Origin: a virus
Lineage: Duplodnaviria; Caudoviricetes
Direction: 5' to 3' (one strand)
Virus record (IMG/VR): IMGVR_UViG_3300020112_000191
Location: 1 to 64,000 of that record
Length of the DNA stretch: 64,000 nt
In this document: positions 35,864-47,709 of the stretch, in pieces
Position numbering within the stretch: position 1 is the stretch's first letter
How the letters are laid out: every line of letters begins with the position of its first letter
Notes under the pieces: model-generated
Told to the model about the DNA's origin: nothing
Databases searched by the model: none
What the model saw: only the letters and a program-made list of their open reading frames with translations
Position numbers and translations under genes: made by a program

Positions 35864-38800
35864 ATGTCAAATTTTTGTGTAGTACTTTTTCCTGGTGACA
35901 AACACTTGGCGGCTCTCGACGCTATATTGTCTAAGCAAGGAGCTATAAAGAAGGTATCTCAGACAAGTGCAGATCTTATAACAGCATCGCATTGTATTGG
36001 AGCAGCCTTTGATGAGCTTGGCATAGACTTTGAAGAAAGTCAAGAGGTTCCTCAAGGAGTGTACGAGAAGGCTGCTTCATTGTATAGAGCTAATAACAAA
36101 GATTGTCAGATGACTCTTAGCAATGGAAATACCTATATCGTAGATCCAGTAACAAGTGAAAAATGGGCTGTAGTGGACGGCAAGTTCGTAAGTATAGATT
36201 ACGCAAACGATCCAGTATTAGCTCCATTAAAAGAACTAGAGATGAATCCAGAGATGAATAAAACTGAGATTCGTCTTGCTATTCAGGAATGTCAAGATGC
36301 CTGCAATAATCTTCTCTACAAAGAGCCATTAATGGATGGCAATAGAGAACATGCAATGCGTATGGCATTCTCTTCACAGCAGCTTAATGAGCATTGTGAC
36401 ACAATTGCTCACTTATTCTCTGAGTATCTTACAAGAGATATCAACAGAAAGATTAAGGAATTCGAAGCTCTCGTAAATGGTATAGAGAAAGATTCTATTG
36501 CATGGGATCAAGAGTCTGTTTACGAAGCTGCTGCTATTACTAAGAATGAATCTATGTCTGACGCTTACAATAAAGAAGCGGTTCTTACTGCTCTTAGAAA
36601 GCGTTTGAATTCATTCTATGAAAATCGTTTTGAAGCAGCCAGAATCATTACTGGTGGATCAGCTTCTGTATTCAACGATGTGTTTAATGATTTAGAGGAT
36701 GTAACTGATGCTATTAAAGCATTTGAAGCTGGCGATTACGCTAATTTCGCTCCAGTAGTACGTCTTGGTCTTGCAAAGATGAATATGCTTGCTGGTCTTG
36801 ATCTTACTAAGCTTGGTGCAAAGAATTATGAATATCTCGCTCAGAATATAATTCCTCAGCTTAAGAAGATGTTATCTACTATCGAGAAGATCATTTCGTT
36901 TAAGAAAGAGATAATACAGCGTTCCTGTAGTAATCTTGAGACGATTGAGACAGATATGAAGGTAAATTTCAAGGAAGCTACCTCTAATCAAAAAGAAACT
37001 GATTTCCTCGAAAATGAGGATAACGAAGATAAAGAACACTGGATGACAAGTTATACCTCTGTATCCATAGAGAACTCGATGTCAGCCCAGATGAAACTCT
37101 TCTTCGCTAACATCGAACAAACCGACAATGCTGGCAAACCAAAGATTAATTCACTTGGTCGCTCTACATTTGTCGGATTCGGTAAAACCTATGTAAAGAT
37201 TGCTCAGCTTCTCTCTGATGCTGTATCTGAATCAGACGTAATGGATCGTCTAAAGAAGGCAGCAGTCACAAATCCTTGGATCAATAAGGTAATTAAGAGA
37301 CTTGAAGAGTCTAAAGCTACTATGTTCCAGGATGACTACGAGAAGTATGATTCATTCTACGCTGAGTTTTTCCATTGCTTCAGAAAGGATGAAGAGCTTC
37401 TTGCTGCTGTAGAGGCTGAATCTGCTTACGGCGTTGATACTTATACATCGCACAATATAAATCGTATTGGTGGTGTTCAAGTGATGGCTGAAGGCTGGAT
37501 GCAAAATCTTGCTGGCTTCTGCATGGGTGTTGGCGAAGATCACTTTAAGATCTTCAATGAAGATGGCACTCTCAACGAAGAGGAATATACAGCTCTTATG
37601 GCTATGGTTAAGTCTAAGGCTAATATCGTTGAGAAGGCAAAAAATGACAATGAAGAAGCTGTAAACTTTGTGTATGAAGCCCTTTGTGCTATCGGTATGC
37701 CAATCGAATCTAAGGAATCTCTTCAGAAGGTTCTTAAGCAGATGCCTGATAATGTTATCTCTTCAATTCAGAATAAGATATTTGACGGCAATAAGGGTGC
37801 TCTAGCTCAGTTGAAGATTTCTTTCGGTGGTGCTAATAGCAATCGTAGCTTAATAGCTTGGGCTGAGAATGGATACCAGAATTTCCACATGAAGAAGATG
37901 GCTTACTATTTTAGAGACGCTGCAGAGGCTGTTTCTGAATCATCTGTAACTCATAACGGCAAGACTAGATATTCGCTTGTATCACCTAATTTCATAGGTC
38001 GTTTAGCGAAGATCCTTTCTTCTGAAGATACAGAGAGAGCTAAGAAATTCCTCAAGGAGCAGTATGAATTCCTCTATAATTCTAGGCTTGATTCATTCAA
38101 TAATAACTATCTGGATTTCATTTACCAGAATCTTAAGAAGGGTCGCACGTTCGATATGGAGATGTCGAATATGATTTCCTTTGGAGAGAAAGATTATACA
38201 GATTTTAACTATGCTGAGACTCAGCTTGTTGGTATAGTTAATTTCTTTGAAAATCAGGGTGAAGATTCAGATGCAAAACAAAACGTTGCACCATTTGTAT
38301 CACCACTTCAGGCAGATAAGCCATCAATGAACTTGATGCGTTGTCCTGTATATTCGGTTGATGATATAAAGCTATTTGGCGGCCAGCGTAAAACTATTAC
38401 TGGAGAACTTGATATACAGCGTGGATCTGTTACTCAGTCATTGGTTAATGAGATCAATCGTATAAACAAAGTAGGCAAACGTCTTTCTATAATGGTTGAA
38501 GCCAAGCAGAAGGGCGTTAAATCTCCTATAGCTCCGATAACGAATTATGATGCAGTATTCGAGATAAAGGATGGCAAAGTAAAGATTAAGAAGCCTAATG
38601 GCCTTACATTTACAACTCATCCATTCTTCAATACAGCTAAATTCGTATATGATGCAGCAACTGATACCTTGAAGCTTGGAGTAGATGGACAATCTCTTCT
38701 TGACATTCTTAATTCTCTTGACGAAATGGATACTCATAGAGAATCAATCATTCGCCAGGCAGCTAAGATTAGTTATGAAGAGAATTTAAATGATTATTTT

Positions 38801-41800
38801 GAGAAGCTTAAGCGTGAAGGTTTGTTCGTTCAGAAGAAGAATTCTGAAGGCAAAGTTAAAGGACTTAAGTACTTTATGAATATTAAGGGATTCGAGAATT
38901 GCAAGACAGCTGAAGACTGCAAAGAGCTTCTTAGAAAGTATTATTACAATTACGCCGCCAACCAGGCTAACATGATTGAAATGCTCGCTGTCGACTCAGC
39001 CTTCTTTAAGCATGATAACTGGGTAGATTTTCAGAAGCGTTCTGGTCAGTGGCATGCTCCAGCAATGCGTGTATGCTCTGAATTTATGAGTCATATTGAC
39101 GTTACTGGTCACGTAACAGAGAATACAGAAGCTAATGGTTTTGAAGCTAGATACCCAAAAGATCACATTGGACGTACATCGTTTAGAGAGTGTTATCTCT
39201 CAGATTTCAAGATGACATCTAATGCTATTGCAGAGATTGAGATTGGTCTTCTTAATATCGGTGAGCAGTATCTTACTGAAGAAAGAGCTAATGAGTATCG
39301 TACTATGATGTATGAACTTGCTTATGCTAGCACTAACGAGCGTAAGGCTATTGTTAACAAAATGAAATCAACATTCCCTGAGATTGCCGAATTCATTGAT
39401 AGTATTACTGATGTAGTTTCTAACTATAGAGGTATCAATGTAGCCGATGCTGAGTGTTATATGAGTCTTGATGCTTACCTTGATGTAATGAAAGCTTATG
39501 GTGATAAGAACTACAAGAACATCATGAGAGCAATAGATCATGTGAAGTCTGGTAAGATTACCATAGAAGATTATAACGCAATAGCTCAGACTTGGAAGCC
39601 ATTTGCTTATGGTATCACTTATGTAGAAGATGGTCTTGGCGGTTGGATGGCTGTACCTCATCAAGGTAAGAATTCGCAGTTCCCTCTGTTAATGACTCTG
39701 TTTGCTGCAATAAATAATACAACTGCAACATCTAAGAAATTGAATGCTCTCAATCATGTAATGAAGAGTCGCAATATTCACATGTTCCAGTTTGAGTCTG
39801 CTATTAAGGCTGGTTGTTCAGCAACAATAGACACTAATGAAAAGAGCCTGGATCCAAATCTTTCAGCAGAGCAGATGGCTGACGATATCATGGGTACTAT
39901 TGATGAAAATCCACAGGCTGTTCACTTGGTTGCTGTTGATGACTGGGGCTTCCAGAATCACGAATCAGAACACTTGGTAGATCATGAAGCTCTTCGTGGA
40001 ATTCAGTTCCAGAAATTGATTGCTTCTTGTATCTCTCCAGATGTTAATGATCTAAAGTTGTTTGATGGCAACGTTATCAACGTTCAGGATTGGTATCATA
40101 AATATACAGATATAGTAACCGCAGATAATGAGGACGCTCTTAAGGATCTTCTTCATACATTCGGTACTAAGAAGGCAGCTTCAGATTTCTTGCAGAGAGT
40201 AATTGGCTCTTCAGACAGATATTCAGAACAGCTTAAGAAAGCAGTGCAGCTAGATTCTAATGGTAATTTCCAGTATTCACTGATGACTCCAGCTATTCGT
40301 TCACAGATAGCAGAGATCGCTCTTGCAGCAGCTGATAAGGCTCTTAACAAGCAGAAATTCAAGGGCGGTACTTGCACACAGGTTTCTGGCTATGGTGTAG
40401 AAGATAAGCTTTCTCTTGTATTTGAAGATGAGAATGGCAATGAAGTTCGCCTCGACAAGAATCTTTCTTTGGAAGAGAGGGAGGCTAGCTTGGTGGGCCG
40501 TAAGCTTCATCTTAAGTATATGGAATGTTTCTTGCCAGCTTACTCTAAGAAATTGTTTGAGCCTCTTATGGATGCTAATGGCGTTCTTGATATAGAGAAG
40601 CTTCCAGACGAGCTTAGACGTTGTATCGGCTATCGTGTGCCTACAGAGAATAAGTATTCAATGTGCCCTCTCTACATTAAGGGATTTAGTACACAGCAGA
40701 ATGGTTCTCATATTATGGTTCCAGCTGAGATTACAGTACTTTCTGGTTCAGACTTTGATATTGACCACATGTATATTATGTTGCCTGAATTCAAGGTTGA
40801 AGACAATACTGAGAATGAGAATTACGATGCGTTTGTTGCAGCTACAAAAGAGCAGCCTGAACTTGCTGATTATTTTGGTATTCGTGAAGATGATACTGAT
40901 CTTGTAAAACGTTCAAGAGTAGCTAATGTATTCAAGAAGATTATCATGCCAAAGGCCAATAAAGGTCTTCTGAAGCCAGATACAGCTGACTACAATGTTT
41001 ATCAAGCTTACTTGAGAATAGATCAATCTGTAGCTCATAATAAGGCTGTCAAGTACGTCAATTACGATTTCAATAAGCCAGCTACTGAGCAGACTCCAGA
41101 AGCTCGTACTAATGGTTATTTACAGCTTGCTTGGTCGGTACTTACTAATTCTGATACTCTTCGTCAGTTCTTGAAGCCTGGTGGTTTCGTTAAGCTTGCA
41201 GAAGCTGGTAACTATTGCGAGTTAGCTAAGATGGATCTTGAATCTATTAAGCGTGGTTGCGAAATTACTGGAATTCCATTTATTGCAGATGGCCAATCTA
41301 AGTACGATTGGATGGAAGCTCTTGATCCAGATGATGTAACTAAGATTTATAAGGCTGGTCTTCCATCTGTAGATCCATTGTCTCCAGCAACATTCTCAGA
41401 TTTCCATAGGCAGAATTTCGTTGGCAAGCAGATGTTGGCAATTTTCGCTGTGAATTTGTCTTCACATGCGTTGGCTCAGCATAAACCAACTAAGCTTGAT
41501 GCGCCAGTAGAATTCAATGGCAAGGTCGTTGATACTCTCGATGCAGTAAGAACTCCAGAGAATGATTTTACAATATATTCTCTCTCCGAAGGTGTGGCTG
41601 GTTCAGCGGATAACGTAAAGGATCCAAACCTTGCTAAGATGAACATTTCTAAGTTCAACATCAATGTAGAAACAATGATGCTTAGACTTGGATTCTCTCA
41701 GAAGGAAGTTGGTATATTACTTTCTCAGCCGATAGTTAGGTATCTCGAACAGATTTATACAGAAAGAGGCGAACGTGGAGATTTTGCTGATATAGCAGCT

Positions 41801-43570
41801 ACTCTCTGGGAAAGTTTTCAGAAGTCTGGTCTCGTTAATGATGATCTCGTAATGCCTAAGCTTAGTGTAGCAGCACTTGTTAATTCTAAGGGAATGACAA
41901 AGCAAATTACAGAATCAGATATTGAGAGTCATAATATAGATCTAATGCAGCTTGCAACTCTTAAGTTCGTAATGGGAATCGCTCAAAATCTGAAGACATT
42001 CAATAACTACAATAATGAGTTCAAGCCAGAAAAGAGAATCAAGAGTTCTATAGAGGAATCAGTTCCAAATGATGAGCTATACACATTCAATGTAGATGAT
42101 CATATTACCGATTCATTTGCAGTGAATTACTATAGCGAAATGGACGAATCTGAGAGTCCAGCTATGCAACCAGGTATTCTCGGCACAGTTCTCTCTAAGC
42201 ACCAGGCAACAAATACTATAATAAGAGATATAGTTAAGAAGCTATTCCCAATACATGCTTCAAACGCATGGAAGATGATGAAGGCTAGCTTGAATTCTAT
42301 TACAGCAATGAGCAAGTCTGATCTCGATTCTTATGTAGATAAGCTTATGAATTTCGGTGCACAGACAGCTCAGTGCTTCAACGAAGTAGCTCCAGCAGAC
42401 GCATTCAATGCAGAAGGTAAGATTTCTACTAAGATTGGTACAGCTACTTACGAAATAAAGAATCCTCTCGATGGTACAGAGTCTCCAGCTGAACGCTATG
42501 AGAAAGTTCGTAACTGGTATATTAAAGAAATGCCTAAGTTGTTAAATAAACTTAAGAATAATAAGCTGTTCAAGGATAGCAAATTATTCAAGGGACTTAA
42601 GGTAACAATGGACGCTAAGTCCAATGCAATGCCAGTTGTAATCTTCAAGCCAGCTACTAAGCTTGATAAGTATCAAATTGAGGATCTTCAGAATGAATGG
42701 CTGAAACTTTCAGAATCAGCTGATCCATTCTTGAGAAGATTTGCTACAATGCTTGCAGTATATTCTTCATATAGAAATTCATTCTCTGGACGTAATGGCG
42801 GTCTTGGTCGTATAATGCCTGTTGAAATATTGGATAAGCTTCCTGGTTACAATGCAGCTCTTAAGGACATGAAAATCTTCGATGAAGTAACTCTTGGTTT
42901 AAAATGTTTGAATCAATTATTGCTCTCAGACAAGAATTTCCTCGATAAGTGCGCTAAGCTAATCTTCCATAAGAAGTATAAGACTAAGTTCTTCGAGCAG
43001 ACTGAGAAAGGCAAAGACGATATGAAATCTCCAAAGGTTGTCGTTGAGATCGATCCTGGTGAGAATAAGCGTCTTGTATCTCCATTCTTGCGTATTGAGA
43101 AAAAGATAGATAATCCTCTTACTGGAAAGGAAACTACTGTTACTTATTACTATAAGAGAGTACTCAAACCTGGTAATGAAGAAGCTTATCAGTATGTATT
43201 GATGATTCCTTCAGCTAATGAGATGCTTGAATATTTCAATCCATTTAGGCAGTCTATATTTGACAATTCTAAATCTAAGCAATTCTCTAAGGAAACTTGG
43301 AAGAAGATTGTTGAGTATTACAAGAATGATCCTAGCGTTGGAGATATGGTTCAAGATATCGTTGAAGAGAAGAAGAAGGAGTCTAAGAGCTACGACTTTA
43401 TAGATGACGAAGATGAAGGTGAAAATATCCTCGATTCGATTGAAGTAAAGAAAGATGCTGAAGAGGCTCAGAAGAAAGACGATATATGCCCTAGCGGTAG
43501 TAAGAAAGCTCCACAAGGAAAAAGTGTAAAACAACGTCCTTCTTTAGGAGATATTTGGAATATGCTATAG
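35864..43570 (+). CDS. virion-associated single-chain DNA-dependent RNA polymerase (phi14:2 gp66-like)
   Basis: 2568 aa; GYRVPT and catalytic GSDFDID motifs characteristic of crAss-like RNAPs. Confidence 0.92.
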   Translation: MSNFCVVLFPGDKHLAALDAILSKQGAIKKVSQTSADLITASHCIGAAFDELGIDFEESQEVPQGVYEKAASLYRANNKDCQMTLSNGNTYIVDPVTSEKWAVVDGKFVSIDYANDPVLAPLKELEMNPEMNKTEIRLAIQECQDACNNLLYKEPLMDGNREHAMRMAFSSQQLNEHCDTIAHLFSEYLTRDINRKIKEFEALVNGIEKDSIAWDQESVYEAAAITKNESMSDAYNKEAVLTALRKRLNSFYENRFEAARIITGGSASVFNDVFNDLEDVTDAIKAFEAGDYANFAPVVRLGLAKMNMLAGLDLTKLGAKNYEYLAQNIIPQLKKMLSTIEKIISFKKEIIQRSCSNLETIETDMKVNFKEATSNQKETDFLENEDNEDKEHWMTSYTSVSIENSMSAQMKLFFANIEQTDNAGKPKINSLGRSTFVGFGKTYVKIAQLLSDAVSESDVMDRLKKAAVTNPWINKVIKRLEESKATMFQDDYEKYDSFYAEFFHCFRKDEELLAAVEAESAYGVDTYTSHNINRIGGVQVMAEGWMQNLAGFCMGVGEDHFKIFNEDGTLNEEEYTALMAMVKSKANIVEKAKNDNEEAVNFVYEALCAIGMPIESKESLQKVLKQMPDNVISSIQNKIFDGNKGALAQLKISFGGANSNRSLIAWAENGYQNFHMKKMAYYFRDAAEAVSESSVTHNGKTRYSLVSPNFIGRLAKILSSEDTERAKKFLKEQYEFLYNSRLDSFNNNYLDFIYQNLKKGRTFDMEMSNMISFGEKDYTDFNYAETQLVGIVNFFENQGEDSDAKQNVAPFVSPLQADKPSMNLMRCPVYSVDDIKLFGGQRKTITGELDIQRGSVTQSLVNEINRINKVGKRLSIMVEAKQKGVKSPIAPITNYDAVFEIKDGKVKIKKPNGLTFTTHPFFNTAKFVYDAATDTLKLGVDGQSLLDILNSLDEMDTHRESIIRQAAKISYEENLNDYFEKLKREGLFVQKKNSEGKVKGLKYFMNIKGFENCKTAEDCKELLRKYYYNYAANQANMIEMLAVDSAFFKHDNWVDFQKRSGQWHAPAMRVCSEFMSHIDVTGHVTENTEANGFEARYPKDHIGRTSFRECYLSDFKMTSNAIAEIEIGLLNIGEQYLTEERANEYRTMMYELAYASTNERKAIVNKMKSTFPEIAEFIDSITDVVSNYRGINVADAECYMSLDAYLDVMKAYGDKNYKNIMRAIDHVKSGKITIEDYNAIAQTWKPFAYGITYVEDGLGGWMAVPHQGKNSQFPLLMTLFAAINNTTATSKKLNALNHVMKSRNIHMFQFESAIKAGCSATIDTNEKSLDPNLSAEQMADDIMGTIDENPQAVHLVAVDDWGFQNHESEHLVDHEALRGIQFQKLIASCISPDVNDLKLFDGNVINVQDWYHKYTDIVTADNEDALKDLLHTFGTKKAASDFLQRVIGSSDRYSEQLKKAVQLDSNGNFQYSLMTPAIRSQIAEIALAAADKALNKQKFKGGTCTQVSGYGVEDKLSLVFEDENGNEVRLDKNLSLEEREASLVGRKLHLKYMECFLPAYSKKLFEPLMDANGVLDIEKLPDELRRCIGYRVPTENKYSMCPLYIKGFSTQQNGSHIMVPAEITVLSGSDFDIDHMYIMLPEFKVEDNTENENYDAFVAATKEQPELADYFGIREDDTDLVKRSRVANVFKKIIMPKANKGLLKPDTADYNVYQAYLRIDQSVAHNKAVKYVNYDFNKPATEQTPEARTNGYLQLAWSVLTNSDTLRQFLKPGGFVKLAEAGNYCELAKMDLESIKRGCEITGIPFIADGQSKYDWMEALDPDDVTKIYKAGLPSVDPLSPATFSDFHRQNFVGKQMLAIFAVNLSSHALAQHKPTKLDAPVEFNGKVVDTLDAVRTPENDFTIYSLSEGVAGSADNVKDPNLAKMNISKFNINVETMMLRLGFSQKEVGILLSQPIVRYLEQIYTERGERGDFADIAATLWESFQKSGLVNDDLVMPKLSVAALVNSKGMTKQITESDIESHNIDLMQLATLKFVMGIAQNLKTFNNYNNEFKPEKRIKSSIEESVPNDELYTFNVDDHITDSFAVNYYSEMDESESPAMQPGILGTVLSKHQATNTIIRDIVKKLFPIHASNAWKMMKASLNSITAMSKSDLDSYVDKLMNFGAQTAQCFNEVAPADAFNAEGKISTKIGTATYEIKNPLDGTESPAERYEKVRNWYIKEMPKLLNKLKNNKLFKDSKLFKGLKVTMDAKSNAMPVVIFKPATKLDKYQIEDLQNEWLKLSESADPFLRRFATMLAVYSSYRNSFSGRNGGLGRIMPVEILDKLPGYNAALKDMKIFDEVTLGLKCLNQLLLSDKNFLDKCAKLIFHKKYKTKFFEQTEKGKDDMKSPKVVVEIDPGENKRLVSPFLRIEKKIDNPLTGKETTVTYYYKRVLKPGNEEAYQYVLMIPSANEMLEYFNPFRQSIFDNSKSKQFSKETWKKIVEYYKNDPSVGDMVQDIVEEKKKESKSYDFIDDEDEGENILDSIEVKKDAEEAQKKDDICPSGSKKAPQGKSVKQRPSLGDIWNML

Positions 43571-43589
43571 AAACTCCGAAAAATTTTAT

Positions 43590-43597
43590 TACCTTTG
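43590..43597 (+). promoter_or_regulatory. sigma-A -7 element
   Basis: TACCTTTG in the 46-nt gap before 43617. Confidence 0.6.
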
Positions 43598-43616
43598 CGG
43601 TGTAAAATAAAACACA

Positions 43617-46600
43617 ATGATTGGGATTTGTAGAATAGCTCCAGGGGTGCGCCGTCCAGATGGTACTGAGATTGACGCACCTCTTTATACAAAACTCATG
43701 AGTTTGGTTCATGATAGACAGACAGCTCTGGATCTTTACTACTCAGTAAAGACTCCAGCAGCTATGTCTGTTATGAAACCAGCTTTAGATGAGTTCGGTG
43801 ATCCGACGTTTGAATCGCTTATTACAAATAAGCAGTTCGCAAACAAACTCGGCAAAGATGTTTACGCAAAGGTTATAGAGGCCCAAACAGGCGTTAATAT
43901 CAATGCTACCTACGACAATGCACAAGTGGCAGCTAAAGAGGCTGAAAAGATAAATAACAGCGCATTTGGCGAAAATAATGTCGCTGTGCATGTAGAGAAA
44001 TCTGTTGGTATCCAAGCAATCAAGGTTCTTCCTAAGTCACCTAAGACAGAAGCACTCCACGAAGCAATAAAAACATCTGATGATATTCGAGAGAAGATCT
44101 ATACGACACTTGCTGGCTGGGGGATATCTGTAGGCGAGCTTAATGCTCTTGATAAGAAGCTTGGAGTCAATGGTATAACTGACACAGCTAGACCAGCACG
44201 TACAGCTGAAGGATTAGTAGAGCTTATTCGTGTAGCTAAAGGCGAGAAGGAAACAGCAGCTCTTACAGAGGAATTTGCTCACGTAGCTTATAAGGCTCTC
44301 AAATCTACTGGCTCTCCATTATGCGCTAGACTTGAGAATATGCTATCTGATGAGGCTGTATTAAGAGAAGTTCTTGGAGAAGATTATGAAGCTTACGAAG
44401 AAAAATATCATGGCGAAAAATCTATAATAATTGAAGAGGCCATTGGTAAACTTATCTCTGAAGCAATTTCGACTGGCAATATGCGTCCTGGACCACAGAA
44501 GACGATTCTAGGCCGTATAATTGACGCTATTAAGGATTTCTTTAGTAAGTTCAATCCATCACCACTTGAAGAGCAAATAGCACGCTCTAAGGCCGTTGCA
44601 GCTAGTATTGCTTATGATGCTTTGAATAATAATATCAAAACTAAGGCTGAGAAGATAATCGCTACTGGTGCAGATACAATGTACCAGATCGATAATGAGA
44701 ATTACGAAACATCCGATGAGGTTGTAGAAGATCCTCTTTATAATATGTTAAAAGATGTGATCGAGGTTCGTATTACTCAGACAGCTCTGGAGCAGAAACA
44801 GCTCGATGTTGTATCAGCAGAGAAAGATGAACATATAGCAGTAGAGGCTCTTCAGGATGATTTGATTGATGCTCATTATGAGATTGGTATTTCAAAGGCA
44901 GCTCTTCAGTCAACTCAAAGAATGGAGAGAGCAATCAATTTCTATAATAAACTTAAGGAATCTGAAAAGTCAACTCCAGCTGGTCGATTCAAGTCGCTTA
45001 GACGCTTAAAGATTTATGCAGATGCAGCAGCTCGTATTTACGATATCATGGATAAGCGTAAGATAAATGAGATCGCTGATGAGAAGATTAGAGAAGCTAT
45101 TCTTGCTAGATTAAATACTCTAGAAGAGCAGATAAAGACAGCTAGAGAAATGTTCCAGAAGAATGCTAAAGAAGAGATCTCTGAGATGTTTGCTCAGGCT
45201 ATTCCTAATGGCAAGGAATCTACATTCAACGACGATAAGCGTGTTGATATAGACGCTCTTCTTGATGTTGTAGATAAAGATACTGGCTGGTGTGATCATT
45301 TCTTGTTATCAATGGCAGAGTCTCGTAACGATCTTCTTAAAGCATTCGACAGAATCTCGAAAGAGGCGAAGGAGAAGGCTCGCTTGAAGACTGAAGAAGA
45401 TATAGATGAGATTAAGCGTCTTGGCAAGCTTCTTGAAAGAGAAGGTTACAAGAATACGGATTGGGCTTACGAACGTAATGCTGAGGGAATCCCTACTGGC
45501 TATTTGCTTACCAGAATAGATCGTCACAAGTTCCTTGTAGAGCGTAAAGAAGCAATGCAGAGATTCAAGGCTGAATTGAATCCAGATGGTACTGCTGCTG
45601 GTGCAGCCAAAGAAAAGAGAGCTATGAAAGACTGGCTCAATGAGCATGCTACTATGTTCAATGGAGAATGGTGTCCTAAGAGCGAATATTACTCTAATCC
45701 AGAGTTTGCTAATCTCAGCAAGGTTCAGCAGCAGTTCATCGAAAGAATGCTTGAAATAAAGGAAGAATTGGATGCTCAGTATCCTACCGGTTCTACAATA
45801 GGTAATCGTGCGCCAATCGTTCAGAAAAGCTTCACAGAGCGTCTTATTGCTAATGGCCCATCAAAGGCTTGGGAGACACTTAGTACATCAATAAAGGACT
45901 CTCTTATAGATAATGAATTCGATACTGAATATGGTGATGTTGACGTTAATGTGTTGATGGATTTCCAGAAGAAGACAGTCAAGAAGCGTCCAATATTCTA
46001 TAATTCAATTCCTAAAGATAAGACGAAGCTTAGAGATCTCTCTACAGATTTAGTTTCTTCAATGATTTGTTATGCAGCCAAGGCTAATGAATACGGCGAA
46101 ATGTCGAAGATAATCGATGGCCTTGAGGTTGCTAAAGATTACATCACAGAGTTTACTGGTGTTAATCAGAAGAAGGGATCTCATACATTGCGTAATGTAG
46201 CTAAGGTTGGTAATGCTTCGTTTGAATCAGATGCGCGTCTGTATGGCAAATCTGGAATGACAGATAAACTGAACGACTGGTTCGATATGCAAGTTTACGG
46301 CCAGTACACAAGATCTGAGGGCCAGCTGTTTGGATCTAAGATTTCATTAGCTAAGGCAGCTGATGCTTCTAACTGGTGGACATCACTTAGAACGTTTGCA
46401 GCCAATGGTCTTGCGGCTGTATCGAACGTACTCGCTGGTAAGATCCAGACTTATATAGAGGCAGCTGGTGGCAAGTATTTTGGCTTCTCAAACTATATGA
46501 AGGCTGGCAAGATTCTTGCCGAGAATATTCCTGGCGTTCTTGCTGATTGTGGTTCTAGAACTAAGACAAACAAGCTCTGGCTTATGATGGATAAATTCAA

Positions 46601-47645
46601 TGTTCTCCAGGATTTTGAGAGCGAGGTAAACGAGGTAGATTGGCACAAGAAATCAAGGTTCTCTAGATTATTCTCTGGCTCACTTATGTATGCTGGTAAT
46701 ACAATGGGAGAATTTATGCTTCAGAGTCGTTCTGCTCTTGCGATGCTTGATAAAGATTCGTTGATGTTGAATGGAGAGTCAATAAGCATATACGATGCTT
46801 ATGAGGTAAAGTATTTTACCGAAAAGGAAGATGTTCTCTCAGATGAAGATCAAGGTTTAGGCGGCAAGCTTGTTCTTAAGCCAGGCGTTACTAAAAAAGA
46901 TGGTTCTGCATTTACTCAAGATGATATAATTGCTCAAACTCTTAAGATGAAGAGCGTTAATCAGAAGATGCATGGTATCTACAATAAGGTTGATAGAAAT
47001 ATAGCTCAGAGCTATGCTGCTGGTCGTATGGCTATCATGTTTAGAAAGTGGATCGTTCCATCGGTAATGAGGCGTTTTGGTTCTTCTTCAATTAACTCAG
47101 ATACTGGCGAATGGGAGCAAGGTTACTACAACACTTGCTGGACAATAATAAATCGTCTTCGTAGAGAAATACAGGCTGGAGAATTCAAATGGGCCGCATT
47201 CAAGGATCAACTTACAGAGGACGAAATTGCTAACGTTAAGAAGGCAATGTTTGAACTCTGCACAATGTTAAGCTTGTTCTTGATCAAGTGCTATGGCTTC
47301 GATGATGACGATAAGGACAAAAAGAAGACTTATCTCGAATCAATGGTTAAATATCAGTGTTGCCGTCTCTACACAGAAATTGGTGCATTGACTCCAACTC
47401 CTGCGATTCTTACAGAAGCGATGACAATTGTTAAATCTCCAACAGCAGATATAGATACATGGGAATCGTTTACAAATATTCTCGATATCTTTGCATTCTG
47501 GAATTGGGGAGATACATACGAAACTGGTAAACACAAGGGCGAATCAAAGCTTAAGTGGGATCTCTTGAAGATGTTCCCATACATTAAGCCAATTGAGTCG
47601 ACTTTGGATCCAGAGTCTAAGTCAAGATTCTTTGACAATAAGTAA
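43617..47645 (+). CDS. large RNAP-associated virion cargo protein with a degenerate zincin-like motif
   Basis: 1342 aa; LTEEFAHV..EEAIGK; adjacent to the RNAP gene. Confidence 0.7.
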   Translation: MIGICRIAPGVRRPDGTEIDAPLYTKLMSLVHDRQTALDLYYSVKTPAAMSVMKPALDEFGDPTFESLITNKQFANKLGKDVYAKVIEAQTGVNINATYDNAQVAAKEAEKINNSAFGENNVAVHVEKSVGIQAIKVLPKSPKTEALHEAIKTSDDIREKIYTTLAGWGISVGELNALDKKLGVNGITDTARPARTAEGLVELIRVAKGEKETAALTEEFAHVAYKALKSTGSPLCARLENMLSDEAVLREVLGEDYEAYEEKYHGEKSIIIEEAIGKLISEAISTGNMRPGPQKTILGRIIDAIKDFFSKFNPSPLEEQIARSKAVAASIAYDALNNNIKTKAEKIIATGADTMYQIDNENYETSDEVVEDPLYNMLKDVIEVRITQTALEQKQLDVVSAEKDEHIAVEALQDDLIDAHYEIGISKAALQSTQRMERAINFYNKLKESEKSTPAGRFKSLRRLKIYADAAARIYDIMDKRKINEIADEKIREAILARLNTLEEQIKTAREMFQKNAKEEISEMFAQAIPNGKESTFNDDKRVDIDALLDVVDKDTGWCDHFLLSMAESRNDLLKAFDRISKEAKEKARLKTEEDIDEIKRLGKLLEREGYKNTDWAYERNAEGIPTGYLLTRIDRHKFLVERKEAMQRFKAELNPDGTAAGAAKEKRAMKDWLNEHATMFNGEWCPKSEYYSNPEFANLSKVQQQFIERMLEIKEELDAQYPTGSTIGNRAPIVQKSFTERLIANGPSKAWETLSTSIKDSLIDNEFDTEYGDVDVNVLMDFQKKTVKKRPIFYNSIPKDKTKLRDLSTDLVSSMICYAAKANEYGEMSKIIDGLEVAKDYITEFTGVNQKKGSHTLRNVAKVGNASFESDARLYGKSGMTDKLNDWFDMQVYGQYTRSEGQLFGSKISLAKAADASNWWTSLRTFAANGLAAVSNVLAGKIQTYIEAAGGKYFGFSNYMKAGKILAENIPGVLADCGSRTKTNKLWLMMDKFNVLQDFESEVNEVDWHKKSRFSRLFSGSLMYAGNTMGEFMLQSRSALAMLDKDSLMLNGESISIYDAYEVKYFTEKEDVLSDEDQGLGGKLVLKPGVTKKDGSAFTQDDIIAQTLKMKSVNQKMHGIYNKVDRNIAQSYAAGRMAIMFRKWIVPSVMRRFGSSSINSDTGEWEQGYYNTCWTIINRLRREIQAGEFKWAAFKDQLTEDEIANVKKAMFELCTMLSLFLIKCYGFDDDDKDKKKTYLESMVKYQCCRLYTEIGALTPTPAILTEAMTIVKSPTADIDTWESFTNILDIFAFWNWGDTYETGKHKGESKLKWDLLKMFPYIKPIESTLDPESKSRFFDNK

Positions 47646-47648
47646 TAC

Positions 47649-47696
47649 AAAAAAAATTAGGGGAGTGTACCAAATCGGTACATTCCCCTTTTTTTT
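47649..47696. terminator. bidirectional intrinsic terminator
   Basis: A8..AGGGGAGTGTACC/GGTACATTCCCCT..T8 between convergent giant genes. Confidence 0.85.
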
Positions 47697-47709
47697 ATTC
47701 ACCTTAGCA